Origin: Octopus sinensis
Lineage: Eukaryota
Direction of reading: 5' to 3'
Assembly: GCF_006345805.1 (NCBI RefSeq)
Contig: NC_042997.1
Location: 45,942,001-46,006,000, forward strand
DNA: 64,000 bases
Positions within the stretch are counted from its first letter, which is position 1. The number at the start of each line of letters is the position of its first letter. The notes below the pieces were generated by a model that searched no databases, was not told where the DNA came from, and was given only the letters and a program-made list of their open reading frames with translations. Below, piece after piece: positions 24,327-37,339 of this stretch. The translations under genes and the position numbers were made by a program.

Positions 24327-25114
24327 TGATTACATTTTTGAAATCTATAAGTTGTTCAAATGTGTACGTCCATAGGATTAGGCAGTCATTTAAGTGACGC
24401 TTCCAGTTATGTAGTAGATATTTGTGGAAGTTGAAGCCATATATTAATTTAGATTGTTCATATATCTGGACCACACTGTATGACATGACTAGACTGGCGT
24501 AAGTCGGAGCAACTTTTGCCATCATCGCAGTCCTAGATATTTGTAAATATTGCCACCGAAGTCAAAAAAGTTGTTTCCGAGGATAAACATTAATCCTTCA
24601 GTGATGAAACTCTTTTTTAATTCTGTCCGGAATTTCATGAGAGAAGATCTCATGCCAGAAATTTATTACCTCTAGTCTATACTCGTGTGGGATTGTGGTG
24701 TATAGATTTACCACAACAAATGATACAATAGTGGTATCATTGTTTATGGATTTTGAGAGGTGGTTTAACAGATCCATGCCGTCCCTCAGAAAACTTGGTA
24801 TGTGTTTTAAAATAGGTTTCAGTAATATATCTAAAAAGTTGCTGAGTCTGTGTGTTTCACAGTTCGGGCCTGCTACGATTGGTCTAAATTTAAGGTCGGT
24901 GAGATATTGTATGTTTATGCAACTTGAAGTTGGTTCTTTACATGCATTCTTAATAGATTGATTCTTATAGATTTTTGGGAGACCGTAGAAGTAACTAGTC
25001 ATACAATCAAAATAGATTAGGTAGACACATTCTTTGGTTCATAAACCTTCTGTGAATGAGTGTGTTCAGTTTAGTCATTGTCTTTGATTTTTGGTAATTA
25101 TTTATCTTTTCGTA

Positions 25115-25177
<63 letters not shown>

Positions 25178-25190
25178 TATATATATATAT

Positions 25191-25745
25191 ATCTCTTATG
25201 ATAAAAGGCAGATTTTATCTGCCTCCCAAACCGTTTGTTTATTATACAAATCTACAATATAGAATTTCTTCAATTAGAATTTACCTATCATTTTTACGAG
25301 TAGAATCCATCGGGTCGTGGCAGGTACAGTTTTTCCAATTTCACCCCCAATTAAACAAACATTCGAGAAAACTCAATATTTTTAGATTTCCCTCTTTCAT
25401 TTAAACTGCTTCACTCCTACCATTACCACCACACTTTCTGCTACTTTCTCTTGGCAAGTCTGCAGTCATGCTATCACCCTAATTTCTCCTACTTTCTCTT
25501 TGCAAGTGTACCTTAAACCACTACTCAAAAAAAAGATACACAGCAAACAGAAACAAATAAATACATAACGATTTACTCCTCACACAATTTCTTCAATTAG
25601 AGTTTACCTATGATTTTTCCAAGTACTTCCATTCGGTCATGGCATACAAAATTTCTTTCAATTTGACCTCCAATTAAGAAAAAATTCGAGAAAACTCAAT
25701 ATTTTACCATTTCACTCGTTCACTTCAAAGCCTTTACTCTGCTTA
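25191..25745 (+). mobile_element. Possible non-autonomous Helitron-like element with ~155-bp internal direct repeats
   Basis: Starts TCTCTTATGATAAAAGGCAGAT with the palindrome AGGCAGAT-ttt-ATCTGCCT. The repeats lie at about 25262-25415 and 25586-25742. Confidence 0.35.
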
Positions 25746-25881
25746 TTACTCCCACTTCCTCTTTATACACATAGACACGCAAATATAATACGCAAATATA
25801 TACATATATGTCAGTGTCAATTGTTGAAATAAAATTGTAAGCTTACGTGTGTGTGTGTGTGTGTGTGGTGTGTGTGTATGT

Positions 25882-25916
<35 letters not shown>

Positions 25917-26224
25917 ACAGGGATAAGCCATTCAGGCTGGTCATCCTTTTTGCTAGAAGAAGATCCCCTATGGTCTTATATGCTACACCACTGGTTTTAA
26001 ATTCATATTAATCAAATTAATATTCAATTTTTCACCCTTATTATATGTGTGTGTATTAGCGATTCGTATACAATTGCATCAATGACTTGAACTTGAATAA
26101 GTGGTTTCACATAAATGGGGATAAATTAAAAAGGTTTGTTGTTATTATTATTACTGTTTGACTATTGTAATCACGTTTGTTGGTTCCTCACCAAGGAAAC
26201 GTTGTTGTGTTGCATTTGTTAAAA

Positions 26225-27625
<1,401 letters not shown>

Positions 27626-28060
27626 ATATATATATATGTATATATATGTTTCGATACATATATACATGTATACGTATTGAATAGTTTCTTGTCTTTGTCA
27701 TCTCCTGTGTAAGTAAGCTATCATGAAGCGATGTTGCTACGCAGTTTCAGTTTTTCAATTTTTCGATGTAGACACTAAGTTTAACTTACTTTGTGTATCC
27801 CTTCTGCAAATGATATGTTACCATAAAGTCAGAATCCGAAAACCCTGTAACTTCGAACATTTGAGTATATATATATATATATATAGATAACGTAAAGTAT
27901 AGAAGCCATCTTATCATGGCTAACCACATTGGGGAGGGGGTGTTATTGTAGCTTTATAGCTCCAAGAGATCTTCGTCTCTACCTGGCTTTAGACACAATA
28001 TCTGTGTCCTTGGAGTATTTGCAAAGGGAGGCCATCTCTTCCTCGCAAGCCTGAGTGATA

Positions 28061-28103
28061 CGCTCGAACTAGTTTCAGGATTGTTGTCCCTCGTCAACGG
28101 GCG
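28061..28103 (-). ncRNA. Type I hammerhead ribozyme-like motif (copy 1)
   Basis: CGCCCG-TTGACGA-GGGA-caacaa-TCCT-GAA-ACTAGT-T-CGAGCG. Confidence 0.7.
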
Positions 28104-28443
28104 GTAACCACCAGGTAGCGATGAAAGAGAAGGCTCCTTTGCAAATAGATATAAGTTTTTCTAATGGCGTCTGCCACTGATGTCGAAAAACGAACAGTAA
28201 GCATAATTAAATCTCAGAATGAGATTGAAACAGTAATCGCTCGATAACGTAAAGTATAGAAGCCATCTTATCATGGCTAACCACATTGGGGAGGGGGTTT
28301 TACTGTAGTTTTATAGCCCCAAGAGATCTTCGTCTCTAGCTGGCTTTAGACACAATATCTGTGTCCTTGGACACAGACGCCATTAGAAAAACGTATATCT
28401 ATTTGCAAAGGAGCCTTCTCTTTCATCGCTACCTGGTGGTTAC

Positions 28444-28486
28444 CGCCCGTTGACGAGGGACAAAAATCCCGAAACTAGTTCGAGCG
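28444..28486 (+). ncRNA. Type I hammerhead ribozyme-like motif (copy 2)
   Basis: CGCCCG-TTGACGA-GGGA-caaaaa-TCCC-GAA-ACTAGT-T-CGAGCG. Stem I pairs 5 of 6, stem II is 4 bp, stem III is palindromic. Confidence 0.75.
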
Positions 28487-29483
28487 TATCACTCAGGCTT
28501 GCGAGGAAGGGATGGCCTCCCTTTGCAAATACTCCAAGGACACAGATATTGTGTCTAAAGCCAGCTAGAGACGAAGATCTCTTGGGGCTATAAAGCTACA
28601 GTAACACCCCCTCCCCAATGTGGTTAGCCATGATAAGATGGCTTCTATACTTTACGTTATCGAGCGATTACTGTTTCAATCTCATTCTGAGATTTAATTA
28701 TGCTATATATAGATATATATATAGGAAATATTTTCCCTTGTGAAGTAGACTGGAGATAGCTAAGATAATGGAGCGCCAGATGAGTTTGCCAGTTCTTCCC
28801 TTTCAGTTATACTCTTGAGTAAAGTATATATTTCCCTAACAACTATTTTTATGTTTTACTGATACGAACCAATATTTTTCATTGTCATTCTATCAAGTAC
28901 ACAATTCTTTGAAGAATCCTTGTTTCAGATATAACTTTCATTCTGCACATCAGCTCGGAAACTAAATCCGTTTGTCCCCGCTCCTTTACCTAAAACACTT
29001 CTCATAATACTGTCAGCACAATCTATCATGTACGAACGCATAGTTTGCATAGCAGAGATTATATTTAACTAACATTTTTTCTGTAATTTCATATATGTTC
29101 ATGAAAGTTTGTCTATTCACAGAAAAGTCAGGAATTACTATACCACATTCACACATTCGTATAGGTTTCCGTAACCCAAACTACTAGACCTTAAACTCGA
29201 AGTGTAACTTATTTTCAACAAGAGTAAAGGTAATAGTGATAGGCAGTAGTGATAAACTCTGCGTCACTTGGGCTTGTGATACTGGTTGGATATTTTAAGC
29301 CATTCTACCCAACTGAGCATACCTCTGATCAAAGGTACTTCAGCTATGAACGTCCTGTTGTTTCTCAGGCATAATATATCTAAGACTACAATACCCAATG
29401 TATACATTACATTGTAAGGCGAAACATGTATGATCTGTGAAAATTTTTTATACTATATCTTACGGGTCATTTCAATGATATAT

Positions 29484-29680
29484 ATTTATTGCCCACAAGA
29501 GGTTAAACATAAAGGCGACAAACAAGGAAAGACAAAGGGATTACGTCAATTACATCGATCCCAGTGCGTAACTGGTACTTATTTACTCGACCCCGAAAGG
29601 ATAAAAAACAAAGTCGACCTCGGCTGAATTTGAACTCAGAATTTCGCCTGGTGTGCTAACGATTCTGTCAGCTCGTCACC
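29484..29680 (-). mobile_element. SINE family A monomer (tail type 2, internal deletion)
   Basis: Head, core and tail ending CCTCTTGTGGGCAATAAAT. Confidence 0.8.
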
Positions 29681-29689
29681 CTTCATTTC

Positions 29690-30120
29690 TATGATATTCT
29701 TGTTTTGTTACTTCCCAAAACTCAGCAGCTACGCCAAAAGAGGTCTTTTTCCTATCCACCAGAGATGTCCTCTTCAGCAACCTGTCTTGCCTCGTGGTTG
29801 TACACGTCTTGCAAACTCGTCCTTTACAGTTTTTGAAAGAATTGTTTTTATTGTACCTTTTGATGGACACCATTTCTCGAACATTTCAATTTTCTTGCAA
29901 TTTCAACTTGAGAGAATCTTTCTCTAGATAATGCAATGATTTGAGCCCTCTCCTGGTATAAAATTATAATAAGGCCCTCGTATCAGGGTTAATATACTCA
30001 GTAGGCATTCAGAAGTTAAGATATTTGAGAGAAAGTACCACACACAAACGATGGTTGGCTCGAATGTAATGCAATAGCAGCCATAACTATTTTTCTTATT
30101 AACTGACAAAAGTCGTTTAT
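29690..30120 (-). mobile_element. Decayed PLE fragment (region upstream of GIY-YIG)
   Basis: Reads NVREMVSIKR...FKNCKGRVCKTC, resembling the PLE C-x(n)-CxxC linker. Confidence 0.4.
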
Positions 30121-30266
30121 ATTGCACATATCAATTGACTAACACTTCCTCTGTCGTAACTTTCTTCCTGTTCTTCACTGCGGGCTAAAAGTGGGTTTTA
30201 AGAAGTACCGTGCTGTTCAGTTCTTGACGAAATACAGATTAAAGAATTAAAAAATGCGGGCCTAAT

Positions 30267-30333
<67 letters not shown>

Positions 30334-30336
30334 CAA

Positions 30337-30495
30337 AGGGGTTCTTTTAGTTTTCGTCTGCCATAGCAACTCCCAAGGCTTTGAACAACCCGAAGCTATA
30401 GTAGATGGCACTTATTCAAGGTGCCATGCAGTGGGACTGAACCTGAAAACATGTGGTTGGGAAGCAAGCTTCATAACACACAGCCACGCATGCGC
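30337..30495 (-). mobile_element. SINE family B 5' half
   Basis: GGTGCCATGCAGTGGGACTGAACC...ACACAGCCAC. Confidence 0.75.
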
Positions 30496-30679
30496 GTATA
30501 ATTTATAAAAATTGATCAGATAAGAAGAGTGGAGTGAGAGAATATATGTCTTCCATTTGTTGACAGTTGTTTCGCAACCTTTGTTATTTACATAAGCGAC
30601 ACTACATTATGCGTCACACATATATAAATAAATATACATAAACCTAATTGTGTCGTAGCATACTGAACAAACTATACAT

Positions 30680-30812
30680 CATGTATGTATGTATATATTC
30701 ATTTATGTATGTATGCATGCATGCATGTATGTATGTATGTATGTATGTATGTATGTATGTATGTATGTATGTATGTATGTATGTATGTATGTATGCATGT
30801 ATGTATGTATGT
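30680..30812. repeat. (ATGT)n microsatellite
   Basis: Direct reading. Confidence 0.95.
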
Positions 30813-31414
30813 ATCTTTTTCTGAATGTTTATTTGTATAATTCAGAAGAGCATTTCACTTTTTATTTCTCTTTACCTTGCTATCTTGAAAGCACTTCAAT
30901 TTTTAGCTTTTCTATCATTTCTTTTCATATTTTTGTACGTATTCCTTGCAGACTATCTGGAATAGTAAAGCTCTTCAAATAATCAAAATCGTTTATAAAC
31001 ATTTACATTTTGACCTTGAGAACGAAGGGATGTGGGAGGGTGTTGCTACCTAGCAGGGAGAGAAAATCTGATTGGTTTAAGCATTATCAAAGGAATAGAT
31101 TTTTTTTTGCTTTTAAGTTTATGCTTCGGCAGTCAGCTGTTTATCTTTGTTTGTGATTAATGTACTATTACCGTTGTTTGGCCTCTCACAATGACAGGAT
31201 GAAGTTCAGTGACCCAAAGCAGAAATTAACACATAGAGGTCAAAATTTCAGGCCGTTAATGTCTACGGCAATTGAATTGCCTCAGCCTTTCTATTAAGAG
31301 GCATCAACACACGGTAACATCACTTTATTCATCGACAAGGAGAGACCATGAAGGTCTAGAGAAGCTGATAATGGATTTGCAAACTTTATAGTTCCAAACA
31401 AACTATGAGGAAAT

Positions 31415-31435
31415 CATATATATATATATATATAT

Positions 31436-31505
<70 letters not shown>

Positions 31506-31526
31506 CATACATATATATATATTATA

Positions 31527-31557
<31 letters not shown>

Positions 31558-31840
31558 TATATACATACATATATATATATGTATATAGATATATGAATAT
31601 CTATGTATATATATATATGTATATATAAATATATATTATATGTGTGTGTTTATTTTCATACATACATATACACATACATACATATATATATGCTTGTATA
31701 CATATATATACATGCATATACACACATATATGTGCATATATGTATACACATGGATATATAACCATATATATTTATCTTCATAGAAATGTACATGGATCTC
31801 TCTATTTGACTGTCTGCGTATCTTCTATCTATCTATGTTA

Positions 31841-31876
<36 letters not shown>

Positions 31877-31918
31877 AATGCACACACACACATATACAGA
31901 TATAAACACTCACATATG

Positions 31919-31952
<34 letters not shown>

Positions 31953-31968
31953 AGATATAATATATATA

Positions 31969-31999
<31 letters not shown>

Positions 32000-32030
32000 C
32001 ATACATTCATACAGACATACGTACAAACAC
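31415..32030. repeat. Compound TA/CA/ATCT low-complexity tract
   Basis: Direct reading. Confidence 0.9.
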
Positions 32031-32854
32031 GCATCTACAAAAAAGGATAAAATCTATTGCACATAAATCTCCAAGTAAATATCTGTAATTCCATTTGTTC
32101 ATACGCATTCTGGAATATAGCATTACGTCTATGCTCTCTTATTTCATTCTTCGCTATATACGATCTGTTTGTACAGGAATCATATTTACGTATCAATATC
32201 ACCATTCAATTCGTGCTTTAATTATATCATTGAAATGAATATCTCTGTAGCATGTACACAACGTTATGTTACTATTTCTTATTATTTATTCTGTTAGGCT
32301 CTTTTCTTTTTCAAATTAATCTTCCAATATAAAGAAGGAGAAATAAACGATGACATCTAAAATAATGACTACAAACGTCTGCCGTTATAAAACGAAATAG
32401 TTATCTCGTCTTTGACATTACGCAGCTTTGATGCGCAGTCTCACCAACTGTCAGAATCGAAAACTTCTTGTTACATCGCGGATGCTATAGCTTATCAGAT
32501 GAAATGCTATTTTCGAGATTTAAAATATCCATTATTTTATGCTCAAATTATTGGCTATTATATCTATAATTGAACATTATATATAGTAATATATGTATGT
32601 ATGTATGTGTGTGTGTATGTATATACATAAATATATATATAGCCATATATATATATATATATATACACATATATATGTATATGCACATATATTTATATGT
32701 ATATACATATATATGCATTTAAATATACACACACATGTATATAAGTATGCATATACATACACATATATATAAGTATGCATATATATATACACGCACACAC
32801 TCACAAACACACACACACATATATATTATATATATAATATATTATATATATAAT

Positions 32855-33103
32855 ATGTATGTATGTATATATAACAGCTCCACAAACATTTTAACTAGCC
32901 TAAAAATATCTATATCTATATAGACTTAGCTATATATGTATATCTATATATATATTATATATATATATATATATGCACACACACATATATATAATCTATA
33001 TATATATATATATGTATGTATGTATATATAACAGCTCCACAAACATTTTAACTACTAAAATATATCTATATCTCTTATATACTTAGCTATATATGTATAT
33101 ATC

Positions 33104-33137
<34 letters not shown>

Positions 33138-33318
33138 CACACTATATATATCTATATATATATATAATATATATATAATATATATATATATGTATGTATG
33201 TATATATAACAGCTCCACAAACATTTTAACTAGCCTAAAATATATCTATATCTCTATATATACTTAGCTATATATGTATATATATATATATATAATATAT
33301 ATATATATATGCACCACA

Positions 33319-33361
<43 letters not shown>

Positions 33362-33493
33362 TATATATATGTATGTATGTATATATAACAGCTCCACAAA
33401 CATTTTAACTAGCCTAAAAATATATCTATATCTCTATATATACTTAGCTATATATGTATATATATATATATATATAATATATATATATATATG

Positions 33494-33556
<63 letters not shown>

Positions 33557-33628
33557 ATATACAGCTCCACAAACATTTTAACTAGCCTAAAATATATCTA
33601 TATCTCTATATATACTTAGCTATATATG

Positions 33629-33681
<53 letters not shown>

Positions 33682-33698
33682 CACACACATATATATAT

Positions 33699-33730
<32 letters not shown>
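32855..33730 (+). repeat. Five-copy ~160-180-bp satellite with a conserved core and variable microsatellite spacers
   Basis: ACAGCTCCACAAACATTTTAACTA(GC)CTAAAA...CTTAGCTATATATGTA starts near 32874, 33031, 33209, 33389 and 33561. Confidence 0.9.
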
Positions 33731-33736
<6 letters not shown>

Positions 33737-34281
33737 TACATATATGCATATACACTCACGCACACATGCGCGTATGTAAATTAACGGATTACAGCTATTG
33801 ATTGCTTTTGTTCAAACAGAAAATTGAACGATGTGTGAGATTTCAACCGCCTACACTTTACATTCGTTCCTTCTTCCTTCTTTCTTTCATTCATTCAATT
33901 GAATGTATTTTCATCTCTATTTAAGTCTATCTTAACTTATTCTCTCTATTCCTAACACTGACTCTCCACACATTTCCGTATTCTTTCTCTCTCAGCCGAA
34001 TGCGTAATCGTGTAATAGACCTGACATCGTAATTTATAGTACCTTGTTTGCTATTTTACTGCTTCTAGTGAGAGACGAAAATACCGGATACGCTATTATT
34101 TTACATCTCTGCCATATTTTCCCTTATTACTCGTCTTAGATTCTGGCTAAAAATACAAAATATTTTCTTATTAAAAGAATTCTTATCTGGTAATGCAAAG
34201 TCTATATTTGCGTTATTATAACTTTCAGAAAACTATTTTTCACCACACACGGCGTGTTCTTATAAATAATTAATTTACATT

Positions 34282-34445
34282 ACAGGTGCAGACATGGCTG
34301 TGTGCTGAAGAATTTAGTTTCACAATCATTTGGTTTCAGGGTCAGTTCTACTGCACGTCAGCTTTTGAAAGTGTTTCTTACTATAGCTCCGAGTTCACTG
34401 ATGCTCTGTGAGTTAGTTTGGTAGACAGCGTTGAAAACCGTTGAT
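34282..34445 (+). mobile_element. Old SINE family B 5' part
   Basis: CATGGCTGTGTG...TTACTATAGCTCCGAG...GTGAGTTAGTTTGGTAGAC. Confidence 0.55.
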
Positions 34446-34805
34446 TGTATGTATGTATATATATATGTATGCATGTATGTATGTTTGTATGTAATGTATG
34501 TATGTAGTATGTATGTATGTATGTATGTCGTATGTAGTATGTATGTATGTATGTATGTATGTATGTATGTATGTATGTATGTACGTATGTAGTATGTATG
34601 TATGTATGTATGTATGTGTGTATGTATGTATGTATGTATGTATGTATATATGTATGCATGTATGTATGTATGTATGTATGTATGTATGTATGTATGTACG
34701 TACGTACGTACGTATGTATGTATGTATGTATGTATGTATGTATGTATGTATGTGTGTGTTTGTATGTACGTATGTATTATGTATGTATGTATGTATGTAT
34801 GTATG

Positions 34806-34836
<31 letters not shown>

Positions 34837-34856
34837 ATATCTATCTATCTAACCAT
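34446..34856. repeat. (ATGT)n-(ATCT)n compound microsatellite
   Basis: Direct reading. Confidence 0.95.
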
Positions 34857-35082
34857 CTATAAGATATTACAAATTTTTGATTTTACCAAAGGGACCACAA
34901 CTTCAATTTCAGGACAACATTTTTTTCTGGAGTACACATAAAAAGTTCCATCCAAAATACTAATATAATAATATAATCATTTTAAACCCTACTATAACGT
35001 ACAATAAAATAAAGTACATTAGAATTAATTCAAAATTATTTACACATATTTTAAAAAATATCTGTACCTTGCCTGCTATTAG

Positions 35083-35177
35083 TCTGTGGGTAAAGAAGAT
35101 AAATTTAATCAACGCTACACGTGTTTCTGCCCTGGTGGTTTGTTTTACCAGGCTATACCTAATACACAAATCCATCA
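35083..35177 (+). CDS. Candidate coding exon (SVGKEDKFNQRYTCFCPGGLFYQAIPNTQIH)
   Basis: Acceptor TACCTTGCCTGCTATTAG, donor CA|GTACGT, open frame with a YxCxCPxG motif, in apparently unique sequence. Confidence 0.3.
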
Positions 35178-35829
35178 GTACGTCCTCAGGCTATTTTTCT
35201 TTTTATTGTTATTATTAACGGATCCAACTTAATCATACAAATTCTTCATTAAAAATAAGAATATATATATATAAATTCCTAATATATTTTTATAAATTAT
35301 AAAATCAAAAAATTCATAAAAATGTAATAAAATTAAACACCTAAAAATATAATAACGATATATATATATATAGAGAGAGAGAGAGTGCAAAACTAAAAGA
35401 AACCCTCATCGACTATTTTATAACCACGTCAAATTAAACCGCCAATCTATATAAACTTTACGGGAATTAATAATTTATTGTGAAATTTACCTCTATCAAT
35501 ACTAGTATATATTACCATTATCATGTCAAACGTAAGTTAATAATATTTAAAAAGTAAAAAACCTCCATATAAGTTATAAATTTATCGAATAAAAGTAGTA
35601 AATGAAAGTATTTACCACAATTAAAAAAGGAAGAATACTTATCTGCATGTTTACTCCTTCTTTAACCTGTGCAAATGGTAAAATCTCAAATTTTTGATAA
35701 TATTATAATTGATACTGTTTGCTTTGCATTAGTTAAGTGTAAAACAGTAAATATCCTGATAACCTGGAATAATTATTATTCTGTAAGTTTTTAAAAAACA
35801 CACACACACGCGCGCACACACACATATAT

Positions 35830-36141
35830 ATCACCGTGATCACCGTGACCGACCAGGCTATCAGATGTTGCTACACATCGCTGGTCACAATGCGTTTCGC
35901 ATTGTTTTAGCCGTCAAATGACGCCACCCCGCTGGCTAAGCGAGCAGGCCAACAGAAGAAAGAGTGAGAGAAAGTTGTGGCGAAAGAGTACAGCAGGGAT
36001 CGCCACCATCCCCTGCCGGAGCCTCGTGGAACTATAGATGTTTTCGTTCAATAAACACTCACAACGCCCGGTCTGGGATTCGAAACCGCGATCCTACGAC
36101 CACGAGTCCGCTGCCCTAACCACTGGGCCATTGCGCCTCCA
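35830..36141 (-). mobile_element. SINE family D (tRNA head) with an RTE-derived 3' tail
   Basis: Head GTGGAGGCGCAATGGCCCAGTGGTTAGGGCAGCGGACTCG...TTCGAATCC. The tail matches 17300-17343 and ends in a CACGGTGAT tandem repeat. Confidence 0.9.
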
Positions 36142-36182
36142 CACACACACACACACATATATATATATGTATATATATATAT

Positions 36183-36216
<34 letters not shown>

Positions 36217-36357
36217 GTCATTATTATGAGATAATTATAAGATGATAATACAGTAAGAGAACAAAACGAACCAGTGATTTATGCGAACGCTATTCATCGT
36301 ATATATATTTTGTTCTCTTACTTTATTATCATCTTATAATCATCTCATAATAATGAC
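36217..36357. repeat. Foldback: 50-bp arms with a 41-nt loop, next to (TA)n
   Basis: Arms 36217-36266 and 36308-36357, with 2 mismatches. Confidence 0.85.
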
Positions 36358-36524
36358 TTTTATGACTCGTATTACTACCTCAGTCAATCTAAATGTATAT
36401 ATTTGTCGTTACCTGTCATAAATAGCCTTTTTCTATTTGCAATATGCATTTTCGTTGACTTTTCATATTTTACCCTCACATTTCCACGTGTATTTTATAT
36501 TTTCTTTTCGTAACATATTTCTAT

Positions 36525-36558
<34 letters not shown>

Positions 36559-36899
36559 GAGTAATCCCTTTTTTGTGTACGTGTGTGTGTGTGCGTATAT
36601 AGACGTGTGTGGGTATGCGCATACATAGACGTGTGTGTGTGTGCGCGTGCATACGAGTATGTGCGTATATAGACGTGTTTTACTTTTATTGCTTATTTTT
36701 TTATACATATTTTGCCTTTAGCTCTGTTTTTTCTTTTGCATGTGCGTATACAGACGTGTGTAGAAACCTTTTCTTGTGCGCGTATGTGTGCGAGCGAACG
36801 TGTATGCGGGTATGTATATATTTTTTGGCGAATGTTTGGGTGAGCATGTGTGTGTTTCAAGTGAGGGTGGATGAATATTTACTTATAAGCGCATGTACT

Positions 36900-37205
36900 A
36901 TGAACATTTTTACTCCCTTACCTTTACCCCTCCCCTCACTTAGCGGTCATTCAAATAGCTCTTTTGTCTTAATAACGGTCAACCACACAGTAATTTCCAT
37001 TTGTTTAACGGTCATTTTCATAGCATTTTTTCGATGGCCGGATAACTAAAGAGATGGCGGCGTGGGTTTCCACCCGGACATCCGAAACTCAGAGTTTTAT
37101 CATGACTACCGAATGATTGTCACATTATATTTACGGATAAATTCCTCTATTTACATAATATCGTGGTCTCTTTCATTCTTTTGTTGTCTTACCATTTCTA
37201 TCAAT
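36900..37205 (+). mobile_element. PLE-like 3' end running into (TA)n
   Basis: Contains a hammerhead-like motif at 37041-37101. Confidence 0.5.
37041..37101 (+). ncRNA. Type I hammerhead-like motif (G5A, probably inactivated)
   Basis: GATAA-CTAAAGA-GATG...CATC-C-GAA-ACTC-A-GAGT-T-TTATC. Confidence 0.55.
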
Positions 37206-37234
37206 ATATATATGTATATTATATACACACACAC

Positions 37235-37339
<105 letters not shown>

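Larger units (their letters stand above)
22607..25105 (-). mobile_element. Penelope-like retroelement, 5'-truncated, with RT and GIY-YIG pseudogene, flanked by (TA)n
   Basis: Reads FYGLPKIYK...FRPIVAGPNC, SFVVVNLYTTIPH, KVAPTYASLVM and WKRHLNDC; the endonuclease region reads FTIKNYFTCSTRNLIC...LRKRLTTHLQQIR. A decayed hammerhead lies at 22663-22702. Confidence 0.9.
27886..28703. mobile_element. Hammerhead-bearing 357-bp non-coding unit in partial tandem plus an inverted copy (retrozyme-like or non-autonomous PLE)
   Basis: Blocks A(27886-28014) B(28015-28173) C(28174-28200) D(28201-28242) A(28243-28371) B'(28374-28532) A'(28533-28661) D'(28662-28703), with (TA)n at both ends. Confidence 0.85.

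Noticed and set aside
28174-28200. CTGATGTCGAAA as a third hammerhead core
   Set aside because: There is no room for stem II and no stem I or III pairing.
29005-29016. TAATACTGTCAG, the 5' end of miR-8/miR-200-family miRNAs
   Set aside because: The match stops after 12 nt and there is no precursor hairpin.
28780-29180. Minus-strand coding-like stretch
   Set aside because: It has multiple stops and at best is a very old LINE RT remnant, too weak to annotate.
32487-32498. TAGCTTATCAGA, the 5' end of miR-21
   Set aside because: It is only a 12-nt match with no hairpin, and miR-21 is a vertebrate miRNA.
32855-33730. CRISPR-like alternation of repeats and spacers
   Set aside because: The spacers are TA/CA microsatellites, the repeats are too long, no cas genes are present and the context is eukaryotic.
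35068-35158. Minus-strand exon candidate YSLVKQTTRAETRVALIKFIFFTHRLIAGK
   Set aside because: It overlaps the plus-strand candidate, which has a more protein-like Cys/Gly pattern, and I found no partner exons.
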